A stretch of 64,000 bases of DNA from Alphaproteobacteria bacterium (GTDB lineage: Bacteria > Pseudomonadota > Alphaproteobacteria > Caulobacterales > Aquidulcibacteraceae), in contig WGNI01000011.1 in the NCBI GenBank assembly GCA_016124655.1, positions 64,196 to 128,195 of the forward strand, in the 5' to 3' direction. The notes beneath the pieces were generated by a model. The model was not told the DNA's origin. It did not search any database and saw only the letters and a list, made by a program, of their open reading frames with translations. A program made the position numbers and the translations under genes. Positions 19,031-28,800 of this stretch are shown piece by piece (position 1 is the first letter of the stretch; the number at the start of each line of letters is the position of its first letter).

Positions 19031-19417
19031 TCAGAACATAGGCCCGGTGCATTGCCCGTTTAGCATCTGACCGTGGCATGTCGGATGATATGCGCGCTGC
19101 TCAACTATGGTTCCGTGGCACTGCCCGTTCACGATGGCACCTACGCACTCGTCAGGGCTGTAAACCGTCGTCGAGTTTTGAACGGCAACCGCACCGGGAC
19201 GCATTGTTTCCGACTGCGCCTGCGCGGAACGATGTTCGCCAGCAGAAAACGCGCAGGCTTCGCGTACTGCGCTAAATATGAGGAGCGCGCTTTGACAGGC
19301 ACCGCCCTGCGAGCGTGCCGTCTCCTTCCCAGGGGCGGGAGAACTCGTCGAAGCGCAGGAAGCAAGACTCAGCGCTGCCAAGCTCGTAACTAAAATACAA
19401 ACGCTTGACCTACGCAT
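19031..19417 (-). CDS. Hypothetical Cys-rich lipoprotein (island cargo)
   Basis: It has a signal peptide with a lipobox (LSLASC) and a repeated NGQC(H/T)G motif. It sits in lower-GC DNA. The internal ATG at 19417 is preferred. Confidence 0.45.
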   Translation of the reverse strand: MRRSSVCILVTSLAALSLASCASTSSPAPGKETARSQGGACQSALLIFSAVREACAFSAGEHRSAQAQSETMRPGAVAVQNSTTVYSPDECVGAIVNGQCHGTIVEQRAYHPTCHGQMLNGQCTGPMF

Positions 19418-19886
19418 GTGGTTCGCCCGGTTCTTATGGATTCGATCCAACGGTGGTGTACGGCAAAGGTGTTAAATTCTCGCCCAAGTTGAAGGTGTAG
19501 ATTTCGTTTTCGCGTCTTGGCTGCGCAGCGAGGCGTAATTGTGGGGGCTTTGGGAGAGGTCCGAAAAATTGATACATATTTGGCGAGCCCGGTAGATCAG
19601 GGAAAAGCGACCTGGAATATAACCATCCCCCCGGTACCCTCGACCGATTTTTGCCACGCTCATAAAATTCCTGATCGCTTTCGCGTTGCCGAGTCCAGGC
19701 AGCGCCGTTCGGCTGCGTGGAAAGGGGAGGCAGCGGACAACGGGGCGAACCGCACGCAGCGCCACCCTATGCCGTTCAACGCGAACGTTCACAGAGCGAC
19801 GAACTTTCTTTCGTACAACACAGCTCGCGCAGATCGTGGGTTAAGCCGTGGGTTGGACACTGAGGCGGCAGCGCGGGCCTTATAGA

Positions 19887-20390
19887 TCAAGGCTTGATGG
19901 CGGACGCCTGATCCGACGACGGATACGTTACGTCGTTAAACTCAGCGTCGATGGCCTCGTTGGCAAACTCCACCGGACGGCCCGCCTTTAAATCTTCAAG
20001 CGCTTCGAGCAGCGCCTCGGCGCTATTGTCGATAACGGCGACTGCACTCCGCGAAACGGTCACGATGCCAGCTTTTTCCAAAAGCTCCTTGGCCGCCGCG
20101 AGGCGCACGCTTTCATTGCGCGCATTTCGAGCGAGGGCGAGGATCGTGTCGAACGCGACGTTGGTGGCGGACACGAAGCGCTTCTGCACTTCCTCTTTCA
20201 ACACCTTCTGAATGCGGTCAGACCCAAGCAGGATCGCGGCGGAGCGTTTGGCGTCTTCATCGGACGTGGCGAGGCCCGCGCGCTTCGCCGCCTCAGGACC
20301 GTCTTCGGGACGGCCGCCAAGCTCCAAGTAGTGCGCGAGGAATTGCGACTGCGCCGGGTTCAGATTGGCGATGGTAAGCGAGCGAGACAT
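19887..20390 (-). CDS. terS: Phage terminase small subunit (TerS, Terminase_2-like)
   Basis: The N-terminus (LTIANLNPAQSQFLAHYLELGG...AAKRAGLATSDEDAKRSAAILLGSDRIQKVLKEE) fits the Terminase_2 small-subunit pattern (LT.kQe.F..eYl..gN...AA..AGYS...A...g..LL.n..I...I). Confidence 0.6.
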   Translation of the reverse strand: MSRSLTIANLNPAQSQFLAHYLELGGRPEDGPEAAKRAGLATSDEDAKRSAAILLGSDRIQKVLKEEVQKRFVSATNVAFDTILALARNARNESVRLAAAKELLEKAGIVTVSRSAVAVIDNSAEALLEALEDLKAGRPVEFANEAIDAEFNDVTYPSSDQASAIKP

Positions 20391-20618
20391 GGCGAAGGCG
20401 ATCAGCGGTTAGAGCGAGACAGAATTTTTCACGGACACGGAGCGTGCGGCGCGCACGCCCAGCGGTGCAGGCGCATGGAGGCAGGAGCAAGCGACCAAAC
20501 ACTGGCGGGCGCGGCGTCTTATAACCTTTCGGGGAGGTGTATTACGGCCGGTCTGAAATGTGCTGCGGGCGCGCGCTTCCAGCGCCGCAAGCACATAGGG
20601 GGTATGGGGGTTGAGACT

Positions 20619-20712
20619 ACCCCCTGGTTTTTCCCCGGTTTTGGGCATTTTGGCTCCGGTTTTGGGCAGGGTTTTGGGCAGGGTTTTTCCCCGGTTTTTC
20701 CCCGGTTTTGGC
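20619..20712. repeat. Iteron-like tandem repeat array (GGTTTTGGGCA / GGTTTTTCCCC units at about 11-bp spacing), a putative replication origin
   Basis: At least seven helically phased GGTTTT-containing repeats lie immediately downstream of the primase-helicase gene 3' end, in the position where PICI and SaPI origins are found. Confidence 0.55.
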
Positions 20713-20734
20713 CTTATAACCTGGGCAAACAGCA

Positions 20735-22738
20735 TTAGCTCGGCCCTCCGGTTTGATGGGTTTCTCCGGTTTTCTTCGCGCGCCGCGCCAGCTCTTTCGC
20801 CATCGTTTCGTCGCTCGGATAGTAGCCAGCGCTCATGCGTTTATCGCCGCGCACGTAGCGCAACTGTCCTGCGTCCAGCGCAGCGCGAAGCTCCTCTTTG
20901 ACCGCCTTCGACGTGAGCTTTTTCGCCAGCTCTTTTTCAAGCTGATTCAGAACGGGGCCGTCAATGTTGCGCTGGACGGTGAACGGCAGCCCCAACTCAG
21001 CGGCTTGCGTGGCGGCGCGCACGACAGCTTCGCGCATCGCGGTGGCGTCCTGCGCGGCCGTGGGCACAACCGCAGTGGGGATCAGCGCGCCTCTGTAAAA
21101 GCGCAGCTTGATCGGCTCGCCCTTGCGACCGTGGTTGCGCTTTTCGACGGTCAGAACGAACTCATCTTCCTTGTTCTCGTTCGCCTCGATCTTTAAGCGG
21201 GAGCGCGCGGCGTTGCGCCAGGCAACCGACCAACCGTCCATTTCACCGCGACTGCTCCCAGCCTGCGACGGATGCCACGGCATTATGATGGTGCAGTCGC
21301 CTTTATCGCATATGCCTTGAAGAACGACCTTGATAAACAGGTTCACGCTGTCTTCGTCGATTTTTCCGTGACCTTTAAAGCGAACAAAGTCGTAAGCGCT
21401 GTCGAGCACCAAGACTTTATGGCCGGGGATGCTTTGCAAGAGCGAAAGCAGCTCGTGATAAAACGGCCGCAACGTGCAGTCCGCGCTCTCGCCCATGATC
21501 GCCAACGCGCTGTCTTTGCCCTTGCGAGCGAGGAACACGCCTCCCGCGTAGGGAGTGTCAGGCGTAGGCTTGGAGGGCGGCGGCAGCTCCAACACGTCGG
21601 CGATGGCCTGCGCACGGCGCGCAAGTTCATTTTCGTCGTCTTCGGCGCTCACATACACCATCGTCGCCTGCGCCGGAGGCGGATCGCACTTGATGCCGAA
21701 CGGAGGCGCGCCGACGTTCAGCGCCATCGCCCATTGCTGCGCAAGACGGCTTTTGTGGTTTCCACCCGGCGCACAAAGGAACGTGACAATGCCTTTCTCC
21801 AAGAGCCCGGTAATAAGCTCCTGCACCGGATGAACCTTGCGCCCCAGCATGTCGAACGCGGAAATCGTGTCACCCGGCTCAGAATGCGGACGCTCGCCCA
21901 GCGCCGGGGTGGAGAGGATCAAATCGCAAAGCGCATCCGCGCCATAAGAAACGAGGAAATCGTCAGCGCCGACTTTGTGCGGCTTCCCTTTCGCATCGAC
22001 CTGATTAGAAGGCGGGATGCGAACGCAATGAACGCGCGCGCCCTGCAACGCCAGCAGCGTCGCAAGACGTTGTTCAGCGCGCTCCACATTGGAGTTGGTA
22101 GCGATGTCGCTGTCGAAGAGGATGCAAACGTCAGTAAACTGCGCCACCACCGTAGCGAGATCGGGATGCAGCGCGTGCGAGGCGGACTTGCTCTCGCGCA
22201 CATTGTCCACGCCACCGATGGCGACACACGGAATGCCGACCTTGCAGAGCGCAGCCGCTTTCTTCTCGCCCTCTACAACGCATACAGCGCCTTCGGGCAA
22301 AATCGACGGCGCAAGGGCTCGCGGGAAGTAGATTTGCGAACCGCTTCCACGCGGCGCGTCGTATTTGCGCCCATCCTTGGGCAGCGATTTGCCGAGAACC
22401 GGAAGGTAGCGAGGACGCACATAGGGCACGCCAACGCCGGTCAGATCGTAGCTAAGCGGCGCTCCATCCATACGAAGATAAGGGATGATGATGGCCGGAT
22501 GCTGTGCGAAATCGGGATGAACAGTGCTGGCGTCGTCCACCAAATACATCCCGTTCGCCTGCGCATCTGCAAGCGTGAGCCCGCTACGCGCCAAGTCATT
22601 CTTGGCAAGCGCCAGCGTCACGCCGCTGCATTCGCCGTCATTGGCGGACGCACGGAGGCGCGTGACGTTGATGTTCGACGGGTTGTCCGCCATATTGGTT
22701 TCCGTCATCGCGTAAGTGATCCGTGTCTTTCGGCGCAT
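20735..22738 (-). CDS. Primase-helicase (toprim/DUF3854-like N-terminal domain plus AAA_25/RepA-like P-loop NTPase)
   Basis: It has a toprim-like segment (VVEGEKKAAALCKVGIPCVAIGGVDN), a P-loop with a deviant Walker A (LCAPGGNHKS), and a Walker B (VLVLDSAYDF). It is 667 aa, the typical size of P4-alpha and PICI Pri-Rep proteins. Confidence 0.6.
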   Translation of the reverse strand: MRRKTRITYAMTETNMADNPSNINVTRLRASANDGECSGVTLALAKNDLARSGLTLADAQANGMYLVDDASTVHPDFAQHPAIIIPYLRMDGAPLSYDLTGVGVPYVRPRYLPVLGKSLPKDGRKYDAPRGSGSQIYFPRALAPSILPEGAVCVVEGEKKAAALCKVGIPCVAIGGVDNVRESKSASHALHPDLATVVAQFTDVCILFDSDIATNSNVERAEQRLATLLALQGARVHCVRIPPSNQVDAKGKPHKVGADDFLVSYGADALCDLILSTPALGERPHSEPGDTISAFDMLGRKVHPVQELITGLLEKGIVTFLCAPGGNHKSRLAQQWAMALNVGAPPFGIKCDPPPAQATMVYVSAEDDENELARRAQAIADVLELPPPSKPTPDTPYAGGVFLARKGKDSALAIMGESADCTLRPFYHELLSLLQSIPGHKVLVLDSAYDFVRFKGHGKIDEDSVNLFIKVVLQGICDKGDCTIIMPWHPSQAGSSRGEMDGWSVAWRNAARSRLKIEANENKEDEFVLTVEKRNHGRKGEPIKLRFYRGALIPTAVVPTAAQDATAMREAVVRAATQAAELGLPFTVQRNIDGPVLNQLEKELAKKLTSKAVKEELRAALDAGQLRYVRGDKRMSAGYYPSDETMAKELARRAKKTGETHQTGGPS

Positions 22739-22773
22739 CCAGAAGCCCGCCGCGCCAACGGTGGGTTGTTGTT

Positions 22774-23229
22774 TTAGAGACGATACCCGGCCGCTGGGTC
22801 AGGACGCCTTTGCGGGAGATTGATGTAAGCGTTCGGGGTGCCGCGCCCGTTGTGCATTGCGCGCCTCACGCGCAACCCCAAATGAAGCGCGGCGGCGATA
22901 AGCATTCCATTGGCGACGTAGCTGTTGCCTTGGTAGGTCGCGGCAAACCAGCGTTCGACTTCATGCTTGTAGCCGTAAGACGTAGCGTGACGGTTCAGCG
23001 AGGCCGTGGGCTTCATTAAGCTCAACCACGCGATGGCTTTCTCGAACTCTTGGCACGAACTTTCCGTAAGCGCATCGGCGCGCATCGCCGCCAGATCGTC
23101 CGAAGGCCGAAATTTCCCGAAGCCGTATGAACTCAGCTCGGGCTCGCGTTCCAAGATCGCCGCGACCTCCGCGCGAACGTCTTCAACAGGGCGATACTCA
23201 AATACGGGGAGTTGGGAACGGCTGTTCAT
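22774..23229 (-). CDS. Hypothetical protein (island)
   Basis: 151 aa with no recognisable domain. Its start codon overlaps the alpA stop (ATGA), implying translational coupling. Confidence 0.4.
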   Translation of the reverse strand: MNSRSQLPVFEYRPVEDVRAEVAAILEREPELSSYGFGKFRPSDDLAAMRADALTESSCQEFEKAIAWLSLMKPTASLNRHATSYGYKHEVERWFAATYQGNSYVANGMLIAAALHLGLRVRRAMHNGRGTPNAYINLPQRRPDPAAGYRL

Positions 23230-23447
23230 TAGGCGGCTCCCTTCACCTGCGTCCGAGGGAGAGAAGCAAACCAGCGCTCGGCGCTTTCACGCGTGATGCG
23301 CGTGGCCGCACCAATTTTGACGCGCTCAACAGCGCCGGTTTTCATCAGCTCGTAGGCTTTGGTGTGTCGAACTCCGTAGAGAGCGCAAAACTCCTCCACG
23401 GTGTAGGCCAACGGTTGTTTGGCAAGGCTCAGCATCGTGTTCTCCAA
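23229..23447 (-). CDS. alpA: AlpA-family excisionase / transcriptional regulator (HTH)
   Basis: It is 72 aa with HTH sequence (YTVEEFCALYGVRHTKAYELMKTGAVERVKIGAATRITRESAERW), typical of AlpA/Xis proteins of P4-like and PICI elements. Confidence 0.65.
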   Translation of the reverse strand: MENTMLSLAKQPLAYTVEEFCALYGVRHTKAYELMKTGAVERVKIGAATRITRESAERWFASLPRTQVKGAA

Positions 23448-23544
23448 GATCGCTAGCGGGTTCGCCTAGCTTCGGGGGAACACATGCGGCTTTGCGCGAA
23501 TGCGATCCATGAAACGAACGCCTTCGCTTCAAGGAATCGTTCGT

Positions 23545-24303
23545 TCACATGCCTTTGAGCCAACCTTTGACGGTGCGCGGATCGCGGCCGTACTCCGACG
23601 CGCGCAGCTCCGCAAAGCTGCTTACGGTCAGATGGCGGTTCGTCCCTTGGGAAATCTTAAAGTCCGCGCGCGCTTGATCTCGCAGGCTCTGCTTCCGGCG
23701 CGCAGCACCACTCTTGGCACCTGCGGCTTTACTTCTAGATTTCCCTTCCAGGCGCTCCCCGGCCAAGTTAAAGACGCCGAGAGTCACCTGTTGGAACGTG
23801 GCCTCCGCCGTGGAGAGTGCGTAGAGCGCAGCGTCGCGCCGCCCCATCCATTCATTGTAGGTTTCGGGCCTCCACGTTTGCTGTTCACGATCGACCGTCA
23901 GAAAAACGGCGAGCGCGCCTAGCACATCGGACGCGGCCATGATTTCGGGCGGCGCGTCTAAACCCTGGTCCAAATGAAAACGGCGGGCATCATCCGCGAT
24001 GCGCGAGAGAGCTTCTAAATCGCCACCCCGCGCTAGGCCAACGAGCTTCTTGCGCGGCGCATATCCTTCTTCCAGCAACGCCGAGAGAGCCGCATCGAAT
24101 GCCGCTCGGTGCGCTTGCTGCACGGCCTGCGCGGCAGCGGGCAGCGAGGACAGGCGCTCTTGCACCGAACCGCTTAGAAACGTCGGGCTCTGTGCCGAGG
24201 CGCGTGCAATGTTTTTACGCTGCGTGTCGGCGTCACCCTCGAAAATGTCGTCAAAGGTCACGCGCTGCGCTCCCTGACTTTGCTGGCGCAGAACGCCGAC
24301 CAA
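23545..24303 (-). CDS. Hypothetical protein (island), possibly regulatory
   Basis: 252 aa with no clear domain. The track ORF overlaps the integrase 3' end, and a GTG at about 24261 would place its start immediately after the int stop codon. Confidence 0.35.
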   Translation of the reverse strand: MVGVLRQQSQGAQRVTFDDIFEGDADTQRKNIARASAQSPTFLSGSVQERLSSLPAAAQAVQQAHRAAFDAALSALLEEGYAPRKKLVGLARGGDLEALSRIADDARRFHLDQGLDAPPEIMAASDVLGALAVFLTVDREQQTWRPETYNEWMGRRDAALYALSTAEATFQQVTLGVFNLAGERLEGKSRSKAAGAKSGAARRKQSLRDQARADFKISQGTNRHLTVSSFAELRASEYGRDPRTVKGWLKGM

Positions 24304-25502
24304 GCGTCCATGAGCGCGCGACGCTTCTGGAACAAATCGCCGCGTCGGTAGGCCGCTTCAACCTTGTCACCGACAACGTGAGCCAACGCCGCCTCAGCCA
24401 CTTCGCGCGGGAAATTGGTCTTTTCCGCAGCCCAGTCGCGGAATGTGGAGCGGAAACCGTGAACCGTTTCGGCGCGCTGCATCCGGCGCAGAAGCACGGC
24501 CATCGTCGCCTGCGAGATCATTGCACCTTTGCGCATGTCGCTCGGAAAGATCAAATCGGAAGGCTCAGGATTGCCCGCCGCGTCATGGCGTTGTTTCAAC
24601 ACTGCAAGCGCAGCCTTAGAGAGTGGAACGCGATGCGTCCGGCCACCTTTCATGCGCTCAGCCGCGACGGTCCACAGCGCATTCTTGAAATCAATCTCAC
24701 CCCACGTCGCGCCAGCGGCCTCGCCGTACCGCGCCGCCGTAAGGATCAAAAACCGCAGACAGTCGGCACCAGCGCCGGTGCGATGCGAGAGCGCATCATA
24801 CAGCGCAGGCATTTGGTCGATGGGCACGGCACGATGATGCTGGACCGGCGCGAGTTTCGCACGGGAGGGAAGCGCCTTCTGCAAATGTCCACGCCACCGC
24901 GCAGGGTTGTCGCCGGTGCGATGGCCGCGCACCGCAGCCCAATCCAAAATCGTTTCGATGCGCCCGCGCAGGCGTGACGCCGTTTCCGTCTTGGTCGTCC
25001 AGATCGGATCGAGCACCCGCATAACCAAATCTTGGCTCACGTCGGCGACCGGAACGCCGCCCATGACCGGATAAGCGTAGGTAACGAGCGTGCTGCGCCA
25101 TTGCGCGCGGTGCTTGTCATTGCGCCAAGAGCCTTCATGCGCCGCGATGTAGGCTTCCGCGCACTCTTTAAACGTGAGCTGCGGCGTGCGTTCGGCTTTC
25201 GCCTCCTTCCGCGCCTTTCGGCGGGAGTCGATGGGGTCAGTGCCCGCCTTGGCGAGTTTGCGCTGAGCGAGGGCAGCGTCGCGCGCGTCGCCAAGTTCGA
25301 CCAGATCGGCGGAGCCAAGGCCCATTTCACGGCGGCGGCCATCGGCGGCGGTGTAGCGCACGATCCAAGACCGGCGCACGGCTCCGCCACGACCGATAGC
25401 CACCTGCAAGAACAGGCCGCCTCCGTCCGCATAAAGGCCGGGAGCCTTGGCCGCCGCTACCGCGCGGGCGGTTAGTTTATGGACGCCTCTCGCCATGCCC
25501 AA
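24258..25502 (-). CDS. int: Tyrosine-type site-specific integrase (P4-type, with DUF4102 N-terminal arm-binding domain)
   Basis: The catalytic R...HxxR...Y residues are present (HGFRSTFRDWA, AAYRRGD). It lies directly beside the 3' end of tRNA-Ser. Confidence 0.85.
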   Translation of the reverse strand: MGMARGVHKLTARAVAAAKAPGLYADGGGLFLQVAIGRGGAVRRSWIVRYTAADGRRREMGLGSADLVELGDARDAALAQRKLAKAGTDPIDSRRKARKEAKAERTPQLTFKECAEAYIAAHEGSWRNDKHRAQWRSTLVTYAYPVMGGVPVADVSQDLVMRVLDPIWTTKTETASRLRGRIETILDWAAVRGHRTGDNPARWRGHLQKALPSRAKLAPVQHHRAVPIDQMPALYDALSHRTGAGADCLRFLILTAARYGEAAGATWGEIDFKNALWTVAAERMKGGRTHRVPLSKAALAVLKQRHDAAGNPEPSDLIFPSDMRKGAMISQATMAVLLRRMQRAETVHGFRSTFRDWAAEKTNFPREVAEAALAHVVGDKVEAAYRRGDLFQKRRALMDAWSAFCASKVRERSA

Positions 25503-25690
25503 ACGCTGTGCAAAACCCTCGCCAAACTGCGAACCGGGATTCTAACTCACCGCCTCCACCCACGAATTTGGGGTGACTTGCGACGAAGTTCAGCGATCCG
25601 CTGCGAAGGAATATAGCGTAGGAAAACCTTGTTTTACAGAGGTTTGATAAGGATTTTCCGAAGGGCTACGAAGTGGAACGAATGCGGAAC

Positions 25691-25780
25691 TGGCGGAGAG
25701 GGAGGGATTCGAACCCTCGATACCCGTGAAGGTATTCCGGTTTTCGAGACCGGCGCGATCGACCACTCCGCCACCTCTCC
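25691..25780 (-). tRNA. tRNA-Ser (anticodon CGA), type II with a long variable arm
   Basis: A minus-strand cloverleaf (GGAGAGGTGGCGGAGTGG...CTCGAAA...GGGTTCGAATCCCTCCCTCTCCGCCA). The anticodon loop CUCGAAA gives anticodon CGA. The 3' end encodes CCA. Confidence 0.8.
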
Positions 25781-25846
25781 GTGCGGTCGCCTGCCGGCGG
25801 GTCGAGCCGGGCTGCATACGGCAAGGGGGGGCGAAGGGGAAGGGGG

Positions 25847-28800
25847 CTAGGCGGCGCGGCGTGCGGCGAAGCGACCGCCATCGAGGGCGACCACCCGGCC
25901 ATACTTGGCCAGCGTGGTCAGCACCTCGGCAATGCGCTTTTGGCGCGCCTCGCTGGTCTTGCCCTTGAAGAGGCGCGCCAGGGCCGCCGCGTCGAGCGGC
26001 TGGCCGTGCGCGGCCAACGCAGCCTCGATGGCGAGCGGCTGCTCGTAGCGATCCTTCGGAAACGCGGGCAGCGCGGCCGTGAGTGGTTCTTCGGCCTCGG
26101 CGAAATCTAGATCGCCGGTTCGCGGCGCAGGCGCCGTCTTGGCGAAGCGCGGGATCTGATACTCCGGCCGCAGCCAGCGAACAAAGCCTTGGGCTTCTTC
26201 CCTGGCGGGCTCGGTATTGAGCGCGACGAGGCGTTCAAGAATTTGTTCGTCGCTGAGATCGGCGGGCCAGCCATAGGCTTCCGCGGTCGCCGCATCGATC
26301 TGATTGTGCAAGTCCTTCAGCACCAGCACGAGCCCGCGCGTCTTCACGTCCTCTTCCGCTGCGCTGAGCGTCGCGCCCGCTTTGACCTTTTCCAGTACGT
26401 TGTAGAGGCCTGTCAGCGTGAGATCGGAATGTTCGGCCTGCACGCGCTTGCGCGTGGCGTCGAGTTCTTCGCCAAGCGCGCGCAGCTTGGCTTTGAGCGG
26501 CTCCGGCGGATCGGGGAAGGGGAAGGGATCGAAGCAGGTTGTTTTGACATAGACCGGCCTGTCCTCGAGCAATCCGCCGACATGAGATGTCCAGGCAAGG
26601 TGTGGCTTCGACGAGAGAATAGCTAAGTGTGCTCCGTCTCCGTTCGCGATCACAATGAGCTTGTTGTCCGGAACGATTTCCGCTTCGAGAAACTGAAATG
26701 TGCGGTGTTTCGAAGTTTCGATCGTCGCGATGTAGCGCGGCAATCCTTCAAGGGCAGGACGCAGGTCCCGCCGTGGCTCGCCAAAGACCCACCAATTGGT
26801 TTTGTAGCTCTCGCGATTGTTTTGATCGCGCTCCGGCTTCACCCGCGCGAGGACGTGTTGATACACTTCCGGAAATCGCTGGCGCGCTCCTCCGCGCTCA
26901 ACCCGAAAAGATCGATCACCATAACATCGCGCGAATGGCCAGTGAGATCGCGGCCGTTGCGATAGGGGCGGATGTGGCGCTCAAGCCCGGCGCGATTGCC
27001 CAAGCCCAGAAGCGCCGCTTCCGCAGGCGTCACGATGAAGCCGGCTCCCATCAATTGAACGCCCCGAGAGCAAAGGCCGCGACCCGCGTTCAACGGTTGC
27101 GTACTCGTCAGGTCGATTCCAACACTCAAATCCGCATTGATGCGCCCCATCGAAAGCTTGAAGTCAATTTTCGGCTCATCCGTATCGATGTCGCGTTCGG
27201 AGACCGCCTCCATCAGCCGCCCGAATGTCGGTTCCGCCTGCGCGACGCTCATGGCGATGCGCACGGCGGCGCTGTCTTTGGTCGCCTTGGTCCAGGGTTG
27301 ATCCGGAATCGCGAACACCAGGCAGAGCGGATTCTTGGCGGCGAGGTGGCGCTCGATCACGCGGCGCTGAAACACCTGGCTGATCGAATTGGTGGTGACG
27401 AGCCCGAACCGGCGCAACGCGGTTTGGTCGCGGCGCAAAACGTCCGCCGCGCGATCCCACCAATACATCACGTAATCGGCGCTCTCATTCATGTGCGGAT
27501 GCGCGGCCCACAGCGCTTCGGCATAGCCGGGCTCACTGCGCGAGCGAATATCCTTGCCGCCGATAAACGGCGGATTGCCGACGATGAACTCGGCTTCCGG
27601 CCAGGCGGGGCGGCGGGGATTGGGGTAGTGCTCGGTGCGAACTGCTCCCCCGTTCACGGGGGAGCTGTCAGGCTGCGAAGCAGGCTGACTGAGGGGGCTC
27701 GCCTGCTCACTCCCCCCTCCGGTCGCTGCGCGACCACCGCCCCCGTGAACGGGGGAGGAGTTGGTCTGCACCGCCGGCACAGGAAACCCATCCCAGGTCA
27801 ACACGGCGTCATAGCCCTCGCGCTTGCCGAAATTGATGTTCTCGAACGCGCGCAGGATCGGCTCTTCGGGATGCGCCGTCGTATTGCGATAGTGCCATTG
27901 CAGATAGCCGATCCACACCACGAGTTCAGCGATGGCGGCGGCGCGCGGATTCAGCTCAAGGCCCAGAAATAAATGCGGGTCGACCGTGAGGTTCTTGAGC
28001 GCAAGCAGGCCTTGTTCGTCGCCCAGCTTGGTCAGCGTCTCCAGCACTTCGCCTTCGAGCTGCTTCATCAGTTCGAGCGCGACGTAAAGAAAATTGCCCG
28101 TGCCGCAAGCCGGATCGAGCACGCGCGTGTGCGTCAGCTGATCGTGGAACGCGCGGACGATGGCGATCGCCTTGCCGTCTTCTCCTTCGTCCTTGGCGAT
28201 TTCCGCCTTGGTCAACGCCGCTTCCCAATCGGCCCGCAACGGCTCCATGACGGTGACTTCGACGAGGCGTTGCACATAGGCGCGCGGCGTGTAGTGAGCG
28301 CCCAGTTTCTTGCGTTCCGCTGGATCCAGCGCTTGCTCCAACAGCGTGCCGAAGATAGCCGGGTCGACTTCCCGCCAGTCGGCCTTCGCCGCGCGAAGCA
28401 AGACGCCGATCTCTTCCTTTTTCAGTTGAAAGGCCGTGGTGTTCTTGAAGAGGCCGCCATTGAAGTGCCGCACGCGCGCTTCAATCACATGGCTGAACTC
28501 GACGCCCTTTTCCATGTCGCTCCAGAGCTGCTTCAAGCGCAGGGTGAACGTCTCGGGATTGTCGACGCACTTTCGAAGCAGGTCACGAAAACTCTCTTTC
28601 GGCAAAAGCCCAGTGTCTTCCGCGAACATCGTGAAGAGGCACCGCATCAGGAAATGCGCGACATCTTCCGCGTGATTTCCGCGGTCTTCCAGCGCCTTGC
28701 TGACCTCCGCCAGATATCCTGCGATCTCTCGCGTAACGCGGACCGCTTTCTTCGCCGGATCGAGACCATGTGGATCCGTCCAGATCGCTTTAAGGAGGTC

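Noticed and set aside
20619-20712. Tandem repeat array considered as a possible CRISPR array
   Set aside because: The repeats are about 11 bp long with no spacers of unique sequence, and there are no cas genes. The periodicity fits iterons or bent DNA, not CRISPR.
26839-26866. Treating the 839-aa and 339-aa ORFs as two separate overlapping genes
   Set aside because: Together they align colinearly with single-polypeptide MmeI-family enzymes, and the junction falls in the middle of a conserved segment. A frameshift, real or a sequencing error, explains the split better.
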